Assembly (NCBI GenBank): GCA_964434135.1
Contig: CAYSTN010000001.1
Coordinates: 10,520-74,519 of the forward strand
Direction of reading: 5' to 3'
Length of the DNA stretch: 64,000 bases
From: an uncultured Oscillospiraceae bacterium
GTDB lineage: Bacteria > Bacillota > Clostridia > Oscillospirales > Oscillospiraceae
Positions 1 through 10,297 of this stretch are shown one piece after another. A program made the position numbers and the translations under genes. Numbering within the stretch: the first letter of the stretch is position 1; each line of letters starts with the position of its first letter. Below the pieces are notes generated by a model. That model did no database searches. It was not told the origin of the DNA and worked only from the letters and a program-made list of their open reading frames with translations.

Positions 1-1
1 C

Positions 2-199
2 TTGTCGGATGACGCGCTCGATCTGCGGCAGTGCGCGCTTGAAAAAGCCGCCGTGGTGATCGGCAGCGAAGGGCAGGGGATCAGCCAGACGATGCTCGAC
101 GCGGCGCAAAGAAAGCTCATCATTCCGATGTCGGCGCGGTGCGAATCGCTCAACGCGGCAATCGCCGCAACGATCGTTTTGTGGCAGATGAAGCGCTGA
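2..199 (+). CDS. TrmH/SpoU family RNA 2'-O-methyltransferase, C-terminal part (5' truncated by window)
   Basis: SPOUT motifs VIGSEGQG and IPM...ESLNAAIAA. Confidence 0.85.
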   Translation: MSDDALDLRQCALEKAAVVIGSEGQGISQTMLDAAQRKLIIPMSARCESLNAAIAATIVLWQMKR

Positions 200-290
200 A
201 AACGGCAAAAAATCGTGCAAAAAACAGCGCATAATTCGCGCGAAACGGAAGCAAAAACAGAAAAATCCGAGAAAGACAGAGGGATTTTTT

Positions 291-1538
291 ATGCTGGAGT
301 ATTGGTTGTGGCTTTCCCGCCGCAGAGGCGTTGGGCTGCGCGGCCTGCACGCGCTGCTTGCGCAGTTCGGCTCGCCCGAGGCGGTCTACTGCGCCGGGGA
401 AGAAGACTATTCCAAGGAGCTTCGCCCGGCGGCGCTGGCTTCTCTTATGGATAAAGAGCTTGCACCGGCGCGCACGATCTTGCAGCAGTGCTACCGGCAG
501 AACATCCATGTGCTGACCTTGCAGGACGCGGCGTATCCCAAGCGGCTGAAAAACATCGAAGACGCGCCGCTGGTTTTGTATTATCAGGGCGTTTTGCCCG
601 ATTTTGACGCAGAACCGACCATCGCGATGGTCGGCACACGCAGCGCTTCGGCCTACGGCTTGCTCCAGGCAAAGCGGCTGGGGTATGAGCTGGGGCGCTA
701 TGGCGCGATCGTGCTGTCCGGCGGCGCGCGGGGCATTGACACGCTGGCGCTGCGCGGGGCGATTTCCTCGGGAACGCCGCCGGTGGCGGTGTTCGGCTGC
801 GGAGTGGATGTGGATTATCCGAGCGCGAACCGGGGCTTATTTGACGATCTGCGCGCGCACGGCTGCATTCTGAGTGAATACCCGCCCGGTACTGCGCCGC
901 TGCCGGAGCATTTTCCCGTGCGCAACCGCATTCTGAGCGGGCTTGCGCTTGGCTCACTTGTGGTCGAAGCGCCGAAAAAGAGCGGCGCACTCATCACTGC
1001 GCGCCACGCGCTTGAACAGGGGCGCGACGTGTTCACCCTGCCGGGCAATCTCGGCACGCCCACCTGCGCGGGCAACATCCAGCTTTTAAAGCAGGGGGCA
1101 ATTGTGGTCGAGGACGGCTGGGACATCTTACAGGAATATACCTATCTGTTCCCGGAACTGCCGCTGCGGCAGCGAAAACTCGAAGCGATGAGCCTGTCTG
1201 CCGACGAGGCGCGTGAGGCGCTGCTGGTCGCAGAACCGACGCAGACGGTCAAGCCGTCCACGCCAAAATCGTCCGCACCGGAACAGAAATCTGACACAAA
1301 AGCCGTTGACAAGCCGGAAAAGAGGGCTTATATTGACGTACAGGAAATTTTGCCGCGCCTGTCCGCCGACGAGGCGGCCATCGTGCAGCAGCTTCAGACG
1401 GGGCAACAGCCCGTCGACCGACTCATTGACGAAACGCAGCTGCCCGCAGGGCGGGTGTTGGCTGCGCTGACGCTGCTGGAAGTCAAGGGCTTTGTCCAGC
1501 GGCTGCCCGCCCGGTATTACGAGCTGGCGAAAAAATAA
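291..1538 (+). CDS. dprA: DNA-processing protein DprA/Smf
   Basis: AMVGTR, SGGARGID, SEYPPG..FPVRNRILSGL, VVEA..KSGALITA..ALEQGR motifs; C-terminal winged helix; dprA-topA-trmFO synteny. Confidence 0.96.
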   Translation: MLEYWLWLSRRRGVGLRGLHALLAQFGSPEAVYCAGEEDYSKELRPAALASLMDKELAPARTILQQCYRQNIHVLTLQDAAYPKRLKNIEDAPLVLYYQGVLPDFDAEPTIAMVGTRSASAYGLLQAKRLGYELGRYGAIVLSGGARGIDTLALRGAISSGTPPVAVFGCGVDVDYPSANRGLFDDLRAHGCILSEYPPGTAPLPEHFPVRNRILSGLALGSLVVEAPKKSGALITARHALEQGRDVFTLPGNLGTPTCAGNIQLLKQGAIVVEDGWDILQEYTYLFPELPLRQRKLEAMSLSADEAREALLVAEPTQTVKPSTPKSSAPEQKSDTKAVDKPEKRAYIDVQEILPRLSADEAAIVQQLQTGQQPVDRLIDETQLPAGRVLAALTLLEVKGFVQRLPARYYELAKK

Positions 1539-1551
1539 CATGGAGGCGTCT

Positions 1552-3897
1552 ATGCCGAACGCAAAACAGAAACTGGTCATCGTGGAATCGCCCTCGAAGG
1601 CCAAAACGATTGGAAAATATCTCGGCCCGGGCTATCAGGTCAAGGCCAGTATGGGACATCTGCGCGACTTGCCCAAGAGCAAGCTGAGCGTGGACATCGA
1701 ACACGACTTTGAGCCGGAGTATCAGCCGCTCAAAGGAAAAGAGGACATCATTGCCGAGCTGAAAAAGGCCGCGCGCAGCGCCGAGCGCGTCTACCTCGCG
1801 ACCGACCCTGACCGCGAGGGCGAGGCCATTTCGTGGCATCTGAAATACCTGCTGTCGCTGCCGGACGACCAGACGTACCGGGTGACGTTCAACGAGATCA
1901 CGCGCGGCGTGGTGCAGCAGGCCATCGACCATCCGCGCCCGATCGATCAGGATCTGGTCGACGCGCAGCAGGCGCGGCGCGTACTTGACCGGATCGTCGG
2001 CTACCAGCTCAGTCCGCTGCTGTGGCGCAAGATCCGCAAGGGACTGTCCGCCGGGCGCGTACAGTCCGTGGCAACGCGGCTGGTGGTCGACCGGGAAAAT
2101 GAGATCCGCGCCTTTGTGCCGCAGGAATACTGGTCTTTGGATGTTATGCTCAGCCGCATCGGCCGTCCGGGCAGCTTCGTCGCGCACTATTATGGTGACG
2201 GACAAAAGCGCGAACTGGGCAGCGAAGCGGCGGTGCAGGCCGTTTTGCAGGACATCGAGGGAAAGCCGTTTACGGTTCTCGGTGTGAAGCAGTCGGAAAA
2301 AAAGCGCACACCCGCGCCGCCGTTTATCACCTCGACGTTGCAGCAGGAAGCTTCGCGCAAGCTCAACATGACCCCGCGCCGCACGATGATGATCGCGCAG
2401 CAGCTCTACGAGGGCGTGGAGATCAGCGGTGAAGGCTCTGTGGGCTTGATTACCTATATGCGTACCGACTCGCTGCGTCTGTCCGAAGAAGCACTCAGTG
2501 CGGCGGCCACGGTCATCCGCAGCCGCTATGGCGAGAGCTACTACGCTGGCGCGCGGCGCTATAAGACCAAATCCGGCGCGCAGGACGCGCACGAGGCCAT
2601 CAGGCCGTCGAACGTGGCGCTGTACCCGGAGCTGATTGAGCATGACCTGACCAAAGAGCAATTCCGGCTCTACAAGCTCATCTGGAGCCGGTTTCTGGCC
2701 TCGCAGATGGCAAACGCCGTGTACGACGTGACGGCCATCGAGACGAGCTGCGCGCAGCACGTCTTCCGCGCCACGCACCAGAGCATGAAGTTCTCCGGCT
2801 TTACCGCCATCTACGAAGAAGGCCGCGACGACGAGCAGGAGAAGCAGGGTTCGCCGCTGCCCGATCTGACGCAGGGCGAGGCGCTGCGCGCCGACGGGTT
2901 TGACAAGCAGCAGCACTTCACCCAGCCGCCCGCGCGCTACACCGAGGCGTCGCTTGTACGCGCGATGGAAGAAAAGGGCGTTGGCCGCCCGTCGACCTAT
3001 GCGTCGATCATCGCCACCATCCAGGATCGCGAGTACGTCATCAAGACCGACAAAAAGCTCTCGCCGACCAAGCTCGGCGAGGTCGTGAACGGGCTGATGA
3101 TGGATCGTTTCCCGAATATCATCAGCGTGGAGTTCACCGCCGACATGGAAAAGCAGCTCGACGAGGTCGAGGCCGGTCACGTGCAGTGGAAACAGGTACT
3201 CGGTGCGTTCTACAAGGACTTCCAGCAGGAGCTGCTCGACGCGGAAGAAGCGCTCAAGGACACGCGGCTGAAGGTGCCCGACGAGGTCACGGAGGAAAAA
3301 TGTGAGATCTGCGGGCGCAATCTGGTCGTTAAGACCAGCCGTTTCGGCAAGTTCCTGGCCTGTCCGGGGTATCCGGAGTGCAAGTTCACCAAGCCCATCA
3401 CCGAGAAGATGCCGGGGCGCTGCCCGAAGTGCGGCAGCACGATCTTAAAGCGCAAGAGCAAGCGCGGCTACGCCTATTACGCGTGTGAGCGCGGCGCGGC
3501 GTGCGGGTTTATGACGTGGGACGTGCCGACCGAGCAGGACTGCCCGGTGTGCGGCCAGACGATGTTCAAGCGCTCCGGAAAGGGCGCGATGAAGCCGTTC
3601 TGCGCCAATCCGGAATGCAGCAACTTCCTGCCGGAAGACCAGCGCGGCTACCGCCGCAAGGCAAGCTCCACGGACGCGGCCACGGCGCAGTCGAACGCCG
3701 AGGCGGCAGCCGATGCCGCGCGCGAACAGGCCGAGGCCAAGAAGAGCGCGAAAAAGACTGCGGCGAAGAAGCCGGCAGAAAAGAAGCCAGCGGCCAAAAA
3801 GACGGCAAAGTCGGCACAGAAGAAGCCCGCAGCAAAAAAGACTGCGGCGAAAAAAACAACCAAGAAAGCCGAAGCGGAGGACACCACGCCGTTTTGA
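1552..3897 (+). CDS. topA: Type IA DNA topoisomerase I with Zn-ribbons and Lys/Ala-rich tail
   Basis: LVIVESPSKAKTI, ATDPDREGEAI, SAGRVQS, GLITYMRTD; GGAGG RBS before ATG 1552. Confidence 0.97.
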   Translation: MPNAKQKLVIVESPSKAKTIGKYLGPGYQVKASMGHLRDLPKSKLSVDIEHDFEPEYQPLKGKEDIIAELKKAARSAERVYLATDPDREGEAISWHLKYLLSLPDDQTYRVTFNEITRGVVQQAIDHPRPIDQDLVDAQQARRVLDRIVGYQLSPLLWRKIRKGLSAGRVQSVATRLVVDRENEIRAFVPQEYWSLDVMLSRIGRPGSFVAHYYGDGQKRELGSEAAVQAVLQDIEGKPFTVLGVKQSEKKRTPAPPFITSTLQQEASRKLNMTPRRTMMIAQQLYEGVEISGEGSVGLITYMRTDSLRLSEEALSAAATVIRSRYGESYYAGARRYKTKSGAQDAHEAIRPSNVALYPELIEHDLTKEQFRLYKLIWSRFLASQMANAVYDVTAIETSCAQHVFRATHQSMKFSGFTAIYEEGRDDEQEKQGSPLPDLTQGEALRADGFDKQQHFTQPPARYTEASLVRAMEEKGVGRPSTYASIIATIQDREYVIKTDKKLSPTKLGEVVNGLMMDRFPNIISVEFTADMEKQLDEVEAGHVQWKQVLGAFYKDFQQELLDAEEALKDTRLKVPDEVTEEKCEICGRNLVVKTSRFGKFLACPGYPECKFTKPITEKMPGRCPKCGSTILKRKSKRGYAYYACERGAACGFMTWDVPTEQDCPVCGQTMFKRSGKGAMKPFCANPECSNFLPEDQRGYRRKASSTDAATAQSNAEAAADAAREQAEAKKSAKKTAAKKPAEKKPAAKKTAKSAQKKPAAKKTAAKKTTKKAEAEDTTPF

Positions 3898-3919
3898 GCG
3901 ATAGAAAGGAAGCATAGCC

Positions 3920-5233
3920 ATGCCAAGCGTAACTGTCATCGGCGCGGGGCTTGCCGGGTGCGAGGCCGCGTGGCAGCTGGCCGAACGCGGCTTGCAGGTC
4001 AAACTGCTGGAAATGAAGCCGCATAAAATGACCCCGGCGCATCACTGCGCAGATTTTGCCGAGCTGGTCTGCTCGAACTCGCTGCGCGGTGACCGGCTGG
4101 AAAATGCGGTCGGTCTGCTCAAACAGGAGCTGCGGCTGCTGGGAAGTTTGATCTTGCAGTGCGCAGAGGCGACGCGGGTCGAGGCCGGCGGCGCGCTGGC
4201 GGTCGACCGGTATGCGTTTTCCGGGATGGTGACGCAGAAGATCCGCTCCCACCCGAACATTACCGTCATCGAACAAGAAGCCACGGCTGTGCCGCAGGGA
4301 CCTGTTATCATTGCCACCGGGCCTTTGACCTCGGATGCAATGAGCGCCGCCATCGGGGCGTATTTTGGCGGGCAGGAGTACATGAGCTTTTTTGACGCGG
4401 CAGCGCCGTTGGTCAGCTTTTCGTCCATCGACATGGAAAAGGCGTGGTTTGCGTCGCGCTATGACCGGGGCGAAGCGGATTATGTTAACTGCGCGATGGA
4501 CAAAGACGAGTATCTGGCTTTTGTCGAGGCGCTCAAAACTGCCGAGGAAGCGCCGGTACACGGCTTTGAGGATAAGAATGTGTTTGAAGGGTGTATGCCC
4601 GTGGAGGTCATGGCGCGTCGGGGCGTGGATACGCTGCGCTATGGGCCGCTCAAGCCCGTGGGACTGAAAGACCCCAAGACCGGCAAAGAACCGTATGCCG
4701 TCGTACAGCTGCGCAAGGACAATGCGGCAGGGTCGATCTACAACCTGGTCGGCTTCCAGACGCACCTGAAATTTCCCGAACAGCGGCGGGTATTTTCCAT
4801 GATTCCGGCGCTGCGCAATGCGGAGTTCGTCCGCTACGGCGTGATGCACCGCAATACGTTTTTGGACAGTCCCCGGCTTCTCGACCGCTACTACGCCGAC
4901 CGGCGTGACCCGCTGGACGCGTTCGCCGGGCAGATGACGGGCGTGGAGGGCTATGTCGAGTCGACCGCGTCGGGCTATCTGGCCGCCGTGGCGATGGCCG
5001 CGCGGCTGACGGGCAAAGCACTGCCGGACTTTCCGCGCGAGACGGCCATCGGCGCACTGGCGCTGTATATCAGCGACGCGTCCATCGGCACGTTCCAGCC
5101 GATGAATGTCAATTTCGGCATTCTCTCGCCGCTGGGACAGCGCATACGCGGCAAGGCTAATAAGAATCTGGCGCTGGCGAACCGGTCGCTGGCCATCATC
5201 GAACAAATGCGGGAACAGGAGGATACGCTATGA
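3920..5233 (+). CDS. trmFO: Methylenetetrahydrofolate-tRNA-(uracil-5)-methyltransferase TrmFO (Gid)
   Basis: [46 protein letters not shown]. Confidence 0.96.
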   Translation: MPSVTVIGAGLAGCEAAWQLAERGLQVKLLEMKPHKMTPAHHCADFAELVCSNSLRGDRLENAVGLLKQELRLLGSLILQCAEATRVEAGGALAVDRYAFSGMVTQKIRSHPNITVIEQEATAVPQGPVIIATGPLTSDAMSAAIGAYFGGQEYMSFFDAAAPLVSFSSIDMEKAWFASRYDRGEADYVNCAMDKDEYLAFVEALKTAEEAPVHGFEDKNVFEGCMPVEVMARRGVDTLRYGPLKPVGLKDPKTGKEPYAVVQLRKDNAAGSIYNLVGFQTHLKFPEQRRVFSMIPALRNAEFVRYGVMHRNTFLDSPRLLDRYYADRRDPLDAFAGQMTGVEGYVESTASGYLAAVAMAARLTGKALPDFPRETAIGALALYISDASIGTFQPMNVNFGILSPLGQRIRGKANKNLALANRSLAIIEQMREQEDTL

Positions 5234-6255
5234 GGATTCTTGTAGATGCGATGGGCGGCGACAACGCGCCGCAGCAGATCGCGCTGGGCGCGATTGAGGC
5301 CGCGCGCGACTTCGGCTGCGAAGTCGTACTCATCGGCCGGGGCGAGGCCATCTTGCAGGCGCTCAAGGACGCGGGCATCGAGACGCTGCCGAAGGGCGTG
5401 GAGATCGCAAACGCCGACGATGTGGTCACGATGCACGACGAGCCGGCCACCGTGGTCAAAAAGAAAAAAGAGTCCTCCATGGTCGTGGGGCTGACGATGC
5501 TGCGCGACGGCGGCGGCGATGCGTTCGTTTCCGCCGGGTCGACGGGCGCGCTTTTGTCGGCGGCTACGCTCATCGTGCGCCGGGTCAAGGGCATCCGCCG
5601 CGCGGCGATGGGTCCGCAGATCCCCACACGCAGCGGCGCGCAGGCCGTTTTGATCGACTGCGGTGCAACGGCAGAGGCAACGCCGGAGTTTTTGCTGCAA
5701 TTCGCGTTTATGGGCGCGTATTACGCCGAGAAGGTGCTGCACGTCGAAAAGCCGCGCGTGGCGCTGCTGAACATCGGCGCGGAAGATACCAAGGGCGGTG
5801 AGTTGCAGCGCGCGGCCTATGCGCTTTTGCAGGAGGCAGGTCGGGCAGGGCAGCTCAACTTCATCGGCAACATCGAAGCGCGCGACGTGCCGCTCGGCGG
5901 CGCGGACGTGGTCGTCTCGGACGGCTTTTCGGGCAATGTGCTGCTCAAGGGTATCGAGGGCACGGCGAGCTTTTTCGCTTCGATGATGAAGGATATGTTC
6001 AAAAAGAATCTGCTGACGACGCTGGCCGCCGCGCTGTGCATGGACGGCATCCGGGCGTTTAAGAAGAAGATGGACTACCGCGAGACGGGCGGCACGGCGC
6101 TCATCGGCCTGAACAAGCCGGTCATCAAGGCGCACGGCTCGTCGGACGCGCTGGCCATCCGCAACGCCATCCGGCAGGCCATCGCCGCCGCTCAAGCGGA
6201 TGTGGCCGGGATGCTGGCGGAGAATATTGGGCAGATGACGGTTACGAAGGAGTGA
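5230..6255 (+). CDS. plsX: Phosphate acyltransferase PlsX
   Basis: [34 protein letters not shown]; ATGA overlap with trmFO. Confidence 0.96.
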   Translation: MRILVDAMGGDNAPQQIALGAIEAARDFGCEVVLIGRGEAILQALKDAGIETLPKGVEIANADDVVTMHDEPATVVKKKKESSMVVGLTMLRDGGGDAFVSAGSTGALLSAATLIVRRVKGIRRAAMGPQIPTRSGAQAVLIDCGATAEATPEFLLQFAFMGAYYAEKVLHVEKPRVALLNIGAEDTKGGELQRAAYALLQEAGRAGQLNFIGNIEARDVPLGGADVVVSDGFSGNVLLKGIEGTASFFASMMKDMFKKNLLTTLAAALCMDGIRAFKKKMDYRETGGTALIGLNKPVIKAHGSSDALAIRNAIRQAIAAAQADVAGMLAENIGQMTVTKE

Positions 6256-6261
6256 CGAACG

Positions 6262-6948
6262 ATGTTGCAGAAGCTGGAAGCAGCTCTGGGGTATACCTTT
6301 CACGATAAGCGTATTTTGGAAAATGCGCTGACGCACAGCTCCTATGCCAACGAAAACCGTGAGCGCGGACTGCGCAACAACGAACGGCTGGAGTTTTTGG
6401 GCGATTCCATTCTGGGCTTTGTGGTGGCGGAGTATCTCTACCGCAATCTGCCGGACAAGCCAGAGGGCGAGCTGACGCGCATCCGCGCCGATCTTGTGTG
6501 CGAGAAGAATCTTGCGCGCGCGGCGGCGACGCTCGATCTGGGCAGCTTTTTGCTGCTGGGTCACGGCGAGGAACACGGCGGCGGGCGCAAGCGCGACTCC
6601 ATCGTCTCCGACGCGATGGAATCGGTGATCGCTGCGAGTTACATGGACGGCGGGTTTCAGGCGGCAAAGGGGATCATCGACCGGCTGATTCTGTGTGACG
6701 TTCCGGCAGACAAGCCGCACAACTGCGACTACAAGACCGCCTTGCAGGAGCTGGTGCAGCGCAAAAAGGATCAGGTGCTGCACTATGAGCTGGTGGGCGA
6801 GTCCGGCCCTGACCACGACAAGCAGTTTGAAGTTTCGGTGCTGCTCAACGGCGTACCGTGCGGCAGCGGTCGCGGCAGCAGTAAAAAACGCGCCGAACAG
6901 GCCGCCGCTGCGGCGGCCATCGAGGCACTGTTTCCGGGTACATTGTAA
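6262..6948 (+). CDS. rnc: Ribonuclease III
   Basis: ALTHSSYANE, NERLEFLGD signature, C-terminal dsRBD. Confidence 0.97.
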   Translation: MLQKLEAALGYTFHDKRILENALTHSSYANENRERGLRNNERLEFLGDSILGFVVAEYLYRNLPDKPEGELTRIRADLVCEKNLARAAATLDLGSFLLLGHGEEHGGGRKRDSIVSDAMESVIAASYMDGGFQAAKGIIDRLILCDVPADKPHNCDYKTALQELVQRKKDQVLHYELVGESGPDHDKQFEVSVLLNGVPCGSGRGSSKKRAEQAAAAAAIEALFPGTL

Positions 6949-6959
6949 GTGTTCTGTCT

Positions 6960-6997
6960 CCCTGTGGCGCAAAGCGCGCCGCAGGGGGTTTTCTTTT
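6960..6997 (+). terminator. Intrinsic terminator after rnc
   Basis: CCCTGTGGCGC..GCGCCGCAGGG hairpin followed by TTTTCTTTT. Confidence 0.65.
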
Positions 6998-7045
6998 GGT
7001 GCGGGACATGATAAAATGTAGAAAAATGCAAAAGGAGGAGCGCGG

Positions 7046-10000
7046 ATGCTGCACATACTTTCCGGACCGGATCGGACGCAAAACTCTGCCGTTCTCATGC
7101 AGCAGCTTTGCAGCAAGGCGCGCGCGCACGTTGCAGGGCAGATCCTGATCGTCCCCGAACAATACTCCCATGAGACAGAGCGCGCGCTGTGCGCCTGCGG
7201 CGGCGATACCATCAGCCGCTGGGCGGAGGTTTTGAGCTTTACGCGGCTGGCCGCGCGCTCGTTCGGGCTGTATGGCGGGGTGTGCGAGGAATATCTGGAC
7301 GAAAACGGCCGGATTTTGACGTTGTATCTGGCGGCGCAGCAGGTGCGCGAGCAGCTGAAATACTTCGCCGCCGTGATGCGCAAGCCGGAGTTTTTGCGCC
7401 AGCTGGGCGCGATGATGGAAGAACTGATGACCGGCTGCGTCGCGCCGCAGGCGCTCTTTGCCGCGGCCGGTCAGCTTACGGGACGGCTGGCGCAGAAGGT
7501 GACGGAAGTGGCGCTTTTGTATGAGAGCTATCTGTCCATCTGCAAGACCGGCCGGGGCGACCCCGTTACGCGGCAGCTGCGGCTACTGGAGATTCTCGAC
7601 GAGAGCGATTTTCTCGACGGGCGCGAGGTCTATCTCGACGGGTTTACAGACTTTACCGCGCTGCAAATGCGGCTGCTGGCCGCCATCGTGGCACACGCGG
7701 CCAACGTCACCATCACCGTCACCACCGACGGCGGCACACAGGCTGCCAGCCAGACCGGCAACGAGACGAGAAAGCAGTTGCAGCAGCTCGCCGCACGGCA
7801 GGCGGTCGAGGTTCGCCAGACGCAAATCGAGCCGGGGACGTTCCGCGCACCGGACGTGCAGCAGTGGCTGACGGGGCTGTTTTTCGGCGGCAGCGGCCAT
7901 GCAAACGAAGTGCAGGGGGTCGAGCTGGTACGCGCCCAGAGCGTGCAGCAAGCTTGCCAATGGGCCGCGCGCCGTGTGCGCGACGGCGTGGCGCAGGGAC
8001 TGCGCTACCGCGATTTTACCATCTGTCTGACCTCGGAGCCGCTCTACGCGCACAGAATGAAAAGTCTTCTGCGCCGCGCGGATATCCCGGTCTACAGCGC
8101 GGGCAACACGCCGCTGTTGCAATCGCCGCTCATCACGGCGCTTCTCGACGCGTTGCAGGCTGTGACGCACTATGAGCCGGGCGCGATTTTGTCCTTTTTG
8201 AAATCGGTGTATTCGCCCCTCAGCGTTGAGCAGACCGACCGGCTGGAGCAGTACGTCCACTATTGGGACGTGCGCGGCATGGCGTGGGAAAAGCCGTGGC
8301 AGCTGCACCCGCGCGGACTGGGACAGCCGCTTTTGCCGCAGGACGAAGCAGAGCTTGCGCAGCTCAACGAGCTGCGCGAACGGGCGATCGCGCCGCTGCG
8401 GCAGCTTCGGCTGGCGCTGGCGCAAAGCACACACGTGGGCGAACAGGTGCGCGCCGTGGCGCAATTCTGGGAACAGATCGACCTTGCCGGGCGGTTGCAG
8501 GCGGAGCGTGATCTGCTTGCCGCCGCAGGCGAGGCACAGGCCGCACAGACCTGTGCGCAGCTGTATGAGACGCTTTTGTCCACGCTGGAACAGCTTGAAC
8601 AGGTGCTTGGCCGGACGGAAATGGACACCGAGCTGTTTGTGCAGCTGTTTTCGATGCTGCTGTCCAACACCAGCATCGGCACGATTCCGTCGGTCTGCGA
8701 TGCGGTGCAGCTGACTACGCTGCCGATGCTGCGCCACCGGCGCAGCGCGCATCTGATCGTGCTGGGTGCGGATGACGGCGCGCTGCCCGCGTTTGAAGAA
8801 CCGGGCAGTCTGCTGGCCGAGCCGGAACGGCGCAAGCTGCGCGCGCTGGGCGTGGAGCTTTCCGCGCAGCGGCAGACGGTATTGGATCGCGAGATGAGCT
8901 GGGTTCTGGCGGCGCTGAGCGCCGCAGAGGAGTCCGCTGCGCTGATCTGCACGGCGCAGCAGCCTTCGTTTTTGTACACGCGCACGAAGAGCCTGTTTCC
9001 GGCGCTGCGCGAACAAAATGCCGCCGGGGCGGCCTTTTATCCCGACAGCGCTGCGGCTGCTGCGGCGGCGCTGCGACAGGGCGTTTGCGCGTCCGGCTTG
9101 CCGCAGGACGTGCAGCAGCAGTATAAGCGGCTGCGCGCGCACTGCGAGTACGGCTTTACACAGATGAGCCGCGAGGCGGTGCAGGCGCTCTATGGCAAGA
9201 GTGTGCCGCTTTCGGCTTCGAAACTAGACCGGCTGGCCGGCTGCCGCTATGCGTTTTTCATGCAGTACGGGCTACAGGCCAAGCCCTGGAAACAGGCCGA
9301 GTTCGACGCGCCGCTGTTCGGCTCGTTCGTGCATGAGGTTTTGGAACACGTGGTGCGGCAGGTGCGCACCGAGGGCGGCTTCGCCGTCATCAGCGACGAA
9401 CGGCTCACCGCGCTCACGCGCGCGTGTATGGACGAATGTATGCGCACGTGGCTGCCGCCCGGCGCGGGCGAAAAAAGCCGCGAGGGGTATCTTTCCGCGC
9501 GCAACCGGCAAGAGTGTGAAGCCGTCGTGCTGGATGTGGCGCGCGAGCTGCGCCGCTCGCGCTTTGCGCCTGTGGCCGAAGAACTCAAATTCGCCTCCGA
9601 CGGGGCGCTGCGCCCCATCGAATACCGCTGCGAGGCCGGGCGCGGGCTGCTGACGGGCTGCATCGACCGCGTGGACACGTGCGAGATAGACGGCAGGACG
9701 TATGTCCGCGTGGTGGACTATAAGACAGGGCACAAGGATTTTTCCTATGCCGAGATTTTGTACGGGAAGAATATGCAGATGCTGCTGTATCTGTTCGCGC
9801 TGCAAAAAAACGCGAACGAGCCGCTGTACCCGGCGGGCGTTCTGTATGTTCCGGGGCGCTGCGACATGGTCAAGCTTGACCCCGGGGAAGCGCCTGAAGC
9901 GGCTGAAAAAGAGCGGCGCAAGCAATTGCGCCGCAAGGGACTGGTGTTGGATGACGAGCGCGTGCTGCGCGCGATGGAAGACTTTGACCAGACACCGGAG

Positions 10001-10297
10001 TATCTGCCCGTGGCGTACAAGAAAGATGAGCGGAGCGGGGATCTGGCGAGCCCGGCGCAGCTTGCCGCGCTCGAGCGGTTCGTCACCCGGCAGGTCGAGT
10101 CGCTGCTGGGCGACCTGCTTTCCGGTAAGACCACGCCCGACCCGGCAGAGCATGGCCCGAAAGAGTCGGTGTGCAAGTGGTGCGACTACGCCGCGGCGTG
10201 TCACAAGGATGTCTGTAAGCCGCTCACGCGGCGCTTTGCTGCCGTCAAGCCGGACGAGTTTTGGCAGCAGATCGAAAGGAGGCAGTTAGATGGCTGA
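7046..10297 (+). CDS. addB: ATP-dependent helicase/nuclease subunit B (AddB/RexB)
   Basis: LIVPEQYSH..ER, DGFTDFT, SASKLD..AGC, RecB-type nuclease GCIDRVD..VVDYKTG, C-terminal CKWCDYAAAC; adjacent to addA. Confidence 0.9.
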   Translation: MLHILSGPDRTQNSAVLMQQLCSKARAHVAGQILIVPEQYSHETERALCACGGDTISRWAEVLSFTRLAARSFGLYGGVCEEYLDENGRILTLYLAAQQVREQLKYFAAVMRKPEFLRQLGAMMEELMTGCVAPQALFAAAGQLTGRLAQKVTEVALLYESYLSICKTGRGDPVTRQLRLLEILDESDFLDGREVYLDGFTDFTALQMRLLAAIVAHAANVTITVTTDGGTQAASQTGNETRKQLQQLAARQAVEVRQTQIEPGTFRAPDVQQWLTGLFFGGSGHANEVQGVELVRAQSVQQACQWAARRVRDGVAQGLRYRDFTICLTSEPLYAHRMKSLLRRADIPVYSAGNTPLLQSPLITALLDALQAVTHYEPGAILSFLKSVYSPLSVEQTDRLEQYVHYWDVRGMAWEKPWQLHPRGLGQPLLPQDEAELAQLNELRERAIAPLRQLRLALAQSTHVGEQVRAVAQFWEQIDLAGRLQAERDLLAAAGEAQAAQTCAQLYETLLSTLEQLEQVLGRTEMDTELFVQLFSMLLSNTSIGTIPSVCDAVQLTTLPMLRHRRSAHLIVLGADDGALPAFEEPGSLLAEPERRKLRALGVELSAQRQTVLDREMSWVLAALSAAEESAALICTAQQPSFLYTRTKSLFPALREQNAAGAAFYPDSAAAAAAALRQGVCASGLPQDVQQQYKRLRAHCEYGFTQMSREAVQALYGKSVPLSASKLDRLAGCRYAFFMQYGLQAKPWKQAEFDAPLFGSFVHEVLEHVVRQVRTEGGFAVISDERLTALTRACMDECMRTWLPPGAGEKSREGYLSARNRQECEAVVLDVARELRRSRFAPVAEELKFASDGALRPIEYRCEAGRGLLTGCIDRVDTCEIDGRTYVRVVDYKTGHKDFSYAEILYGKNMQMLLYLFALQKNANEPLYPAGVLYVPGRCDMVKLDPGEAPEAAEKERRKQLRRKGLVLDDERVLRAMEDFDQTPEYLPVAYKKDERSGDLASPAQLAALERFVTRQVESLLGDLLSGKTTPDPAEHGPKESVCKWCDYAAACHKDVCKPLTRRFAAVKPDEFWQQIERRQLDG

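Noticed and set aside
1492-1551. Upstream start for topA given in the ORF track
   Set aside because: Overlaps dprA; the RBS supports ATG 1552.
1483-7383. Long minus-strand ORFs (565, 546, 802 aa)
   Set aside because: Antisense shadows of topA, trmFO, plsX and rnc caused by high-GC codon bias; no motifs.
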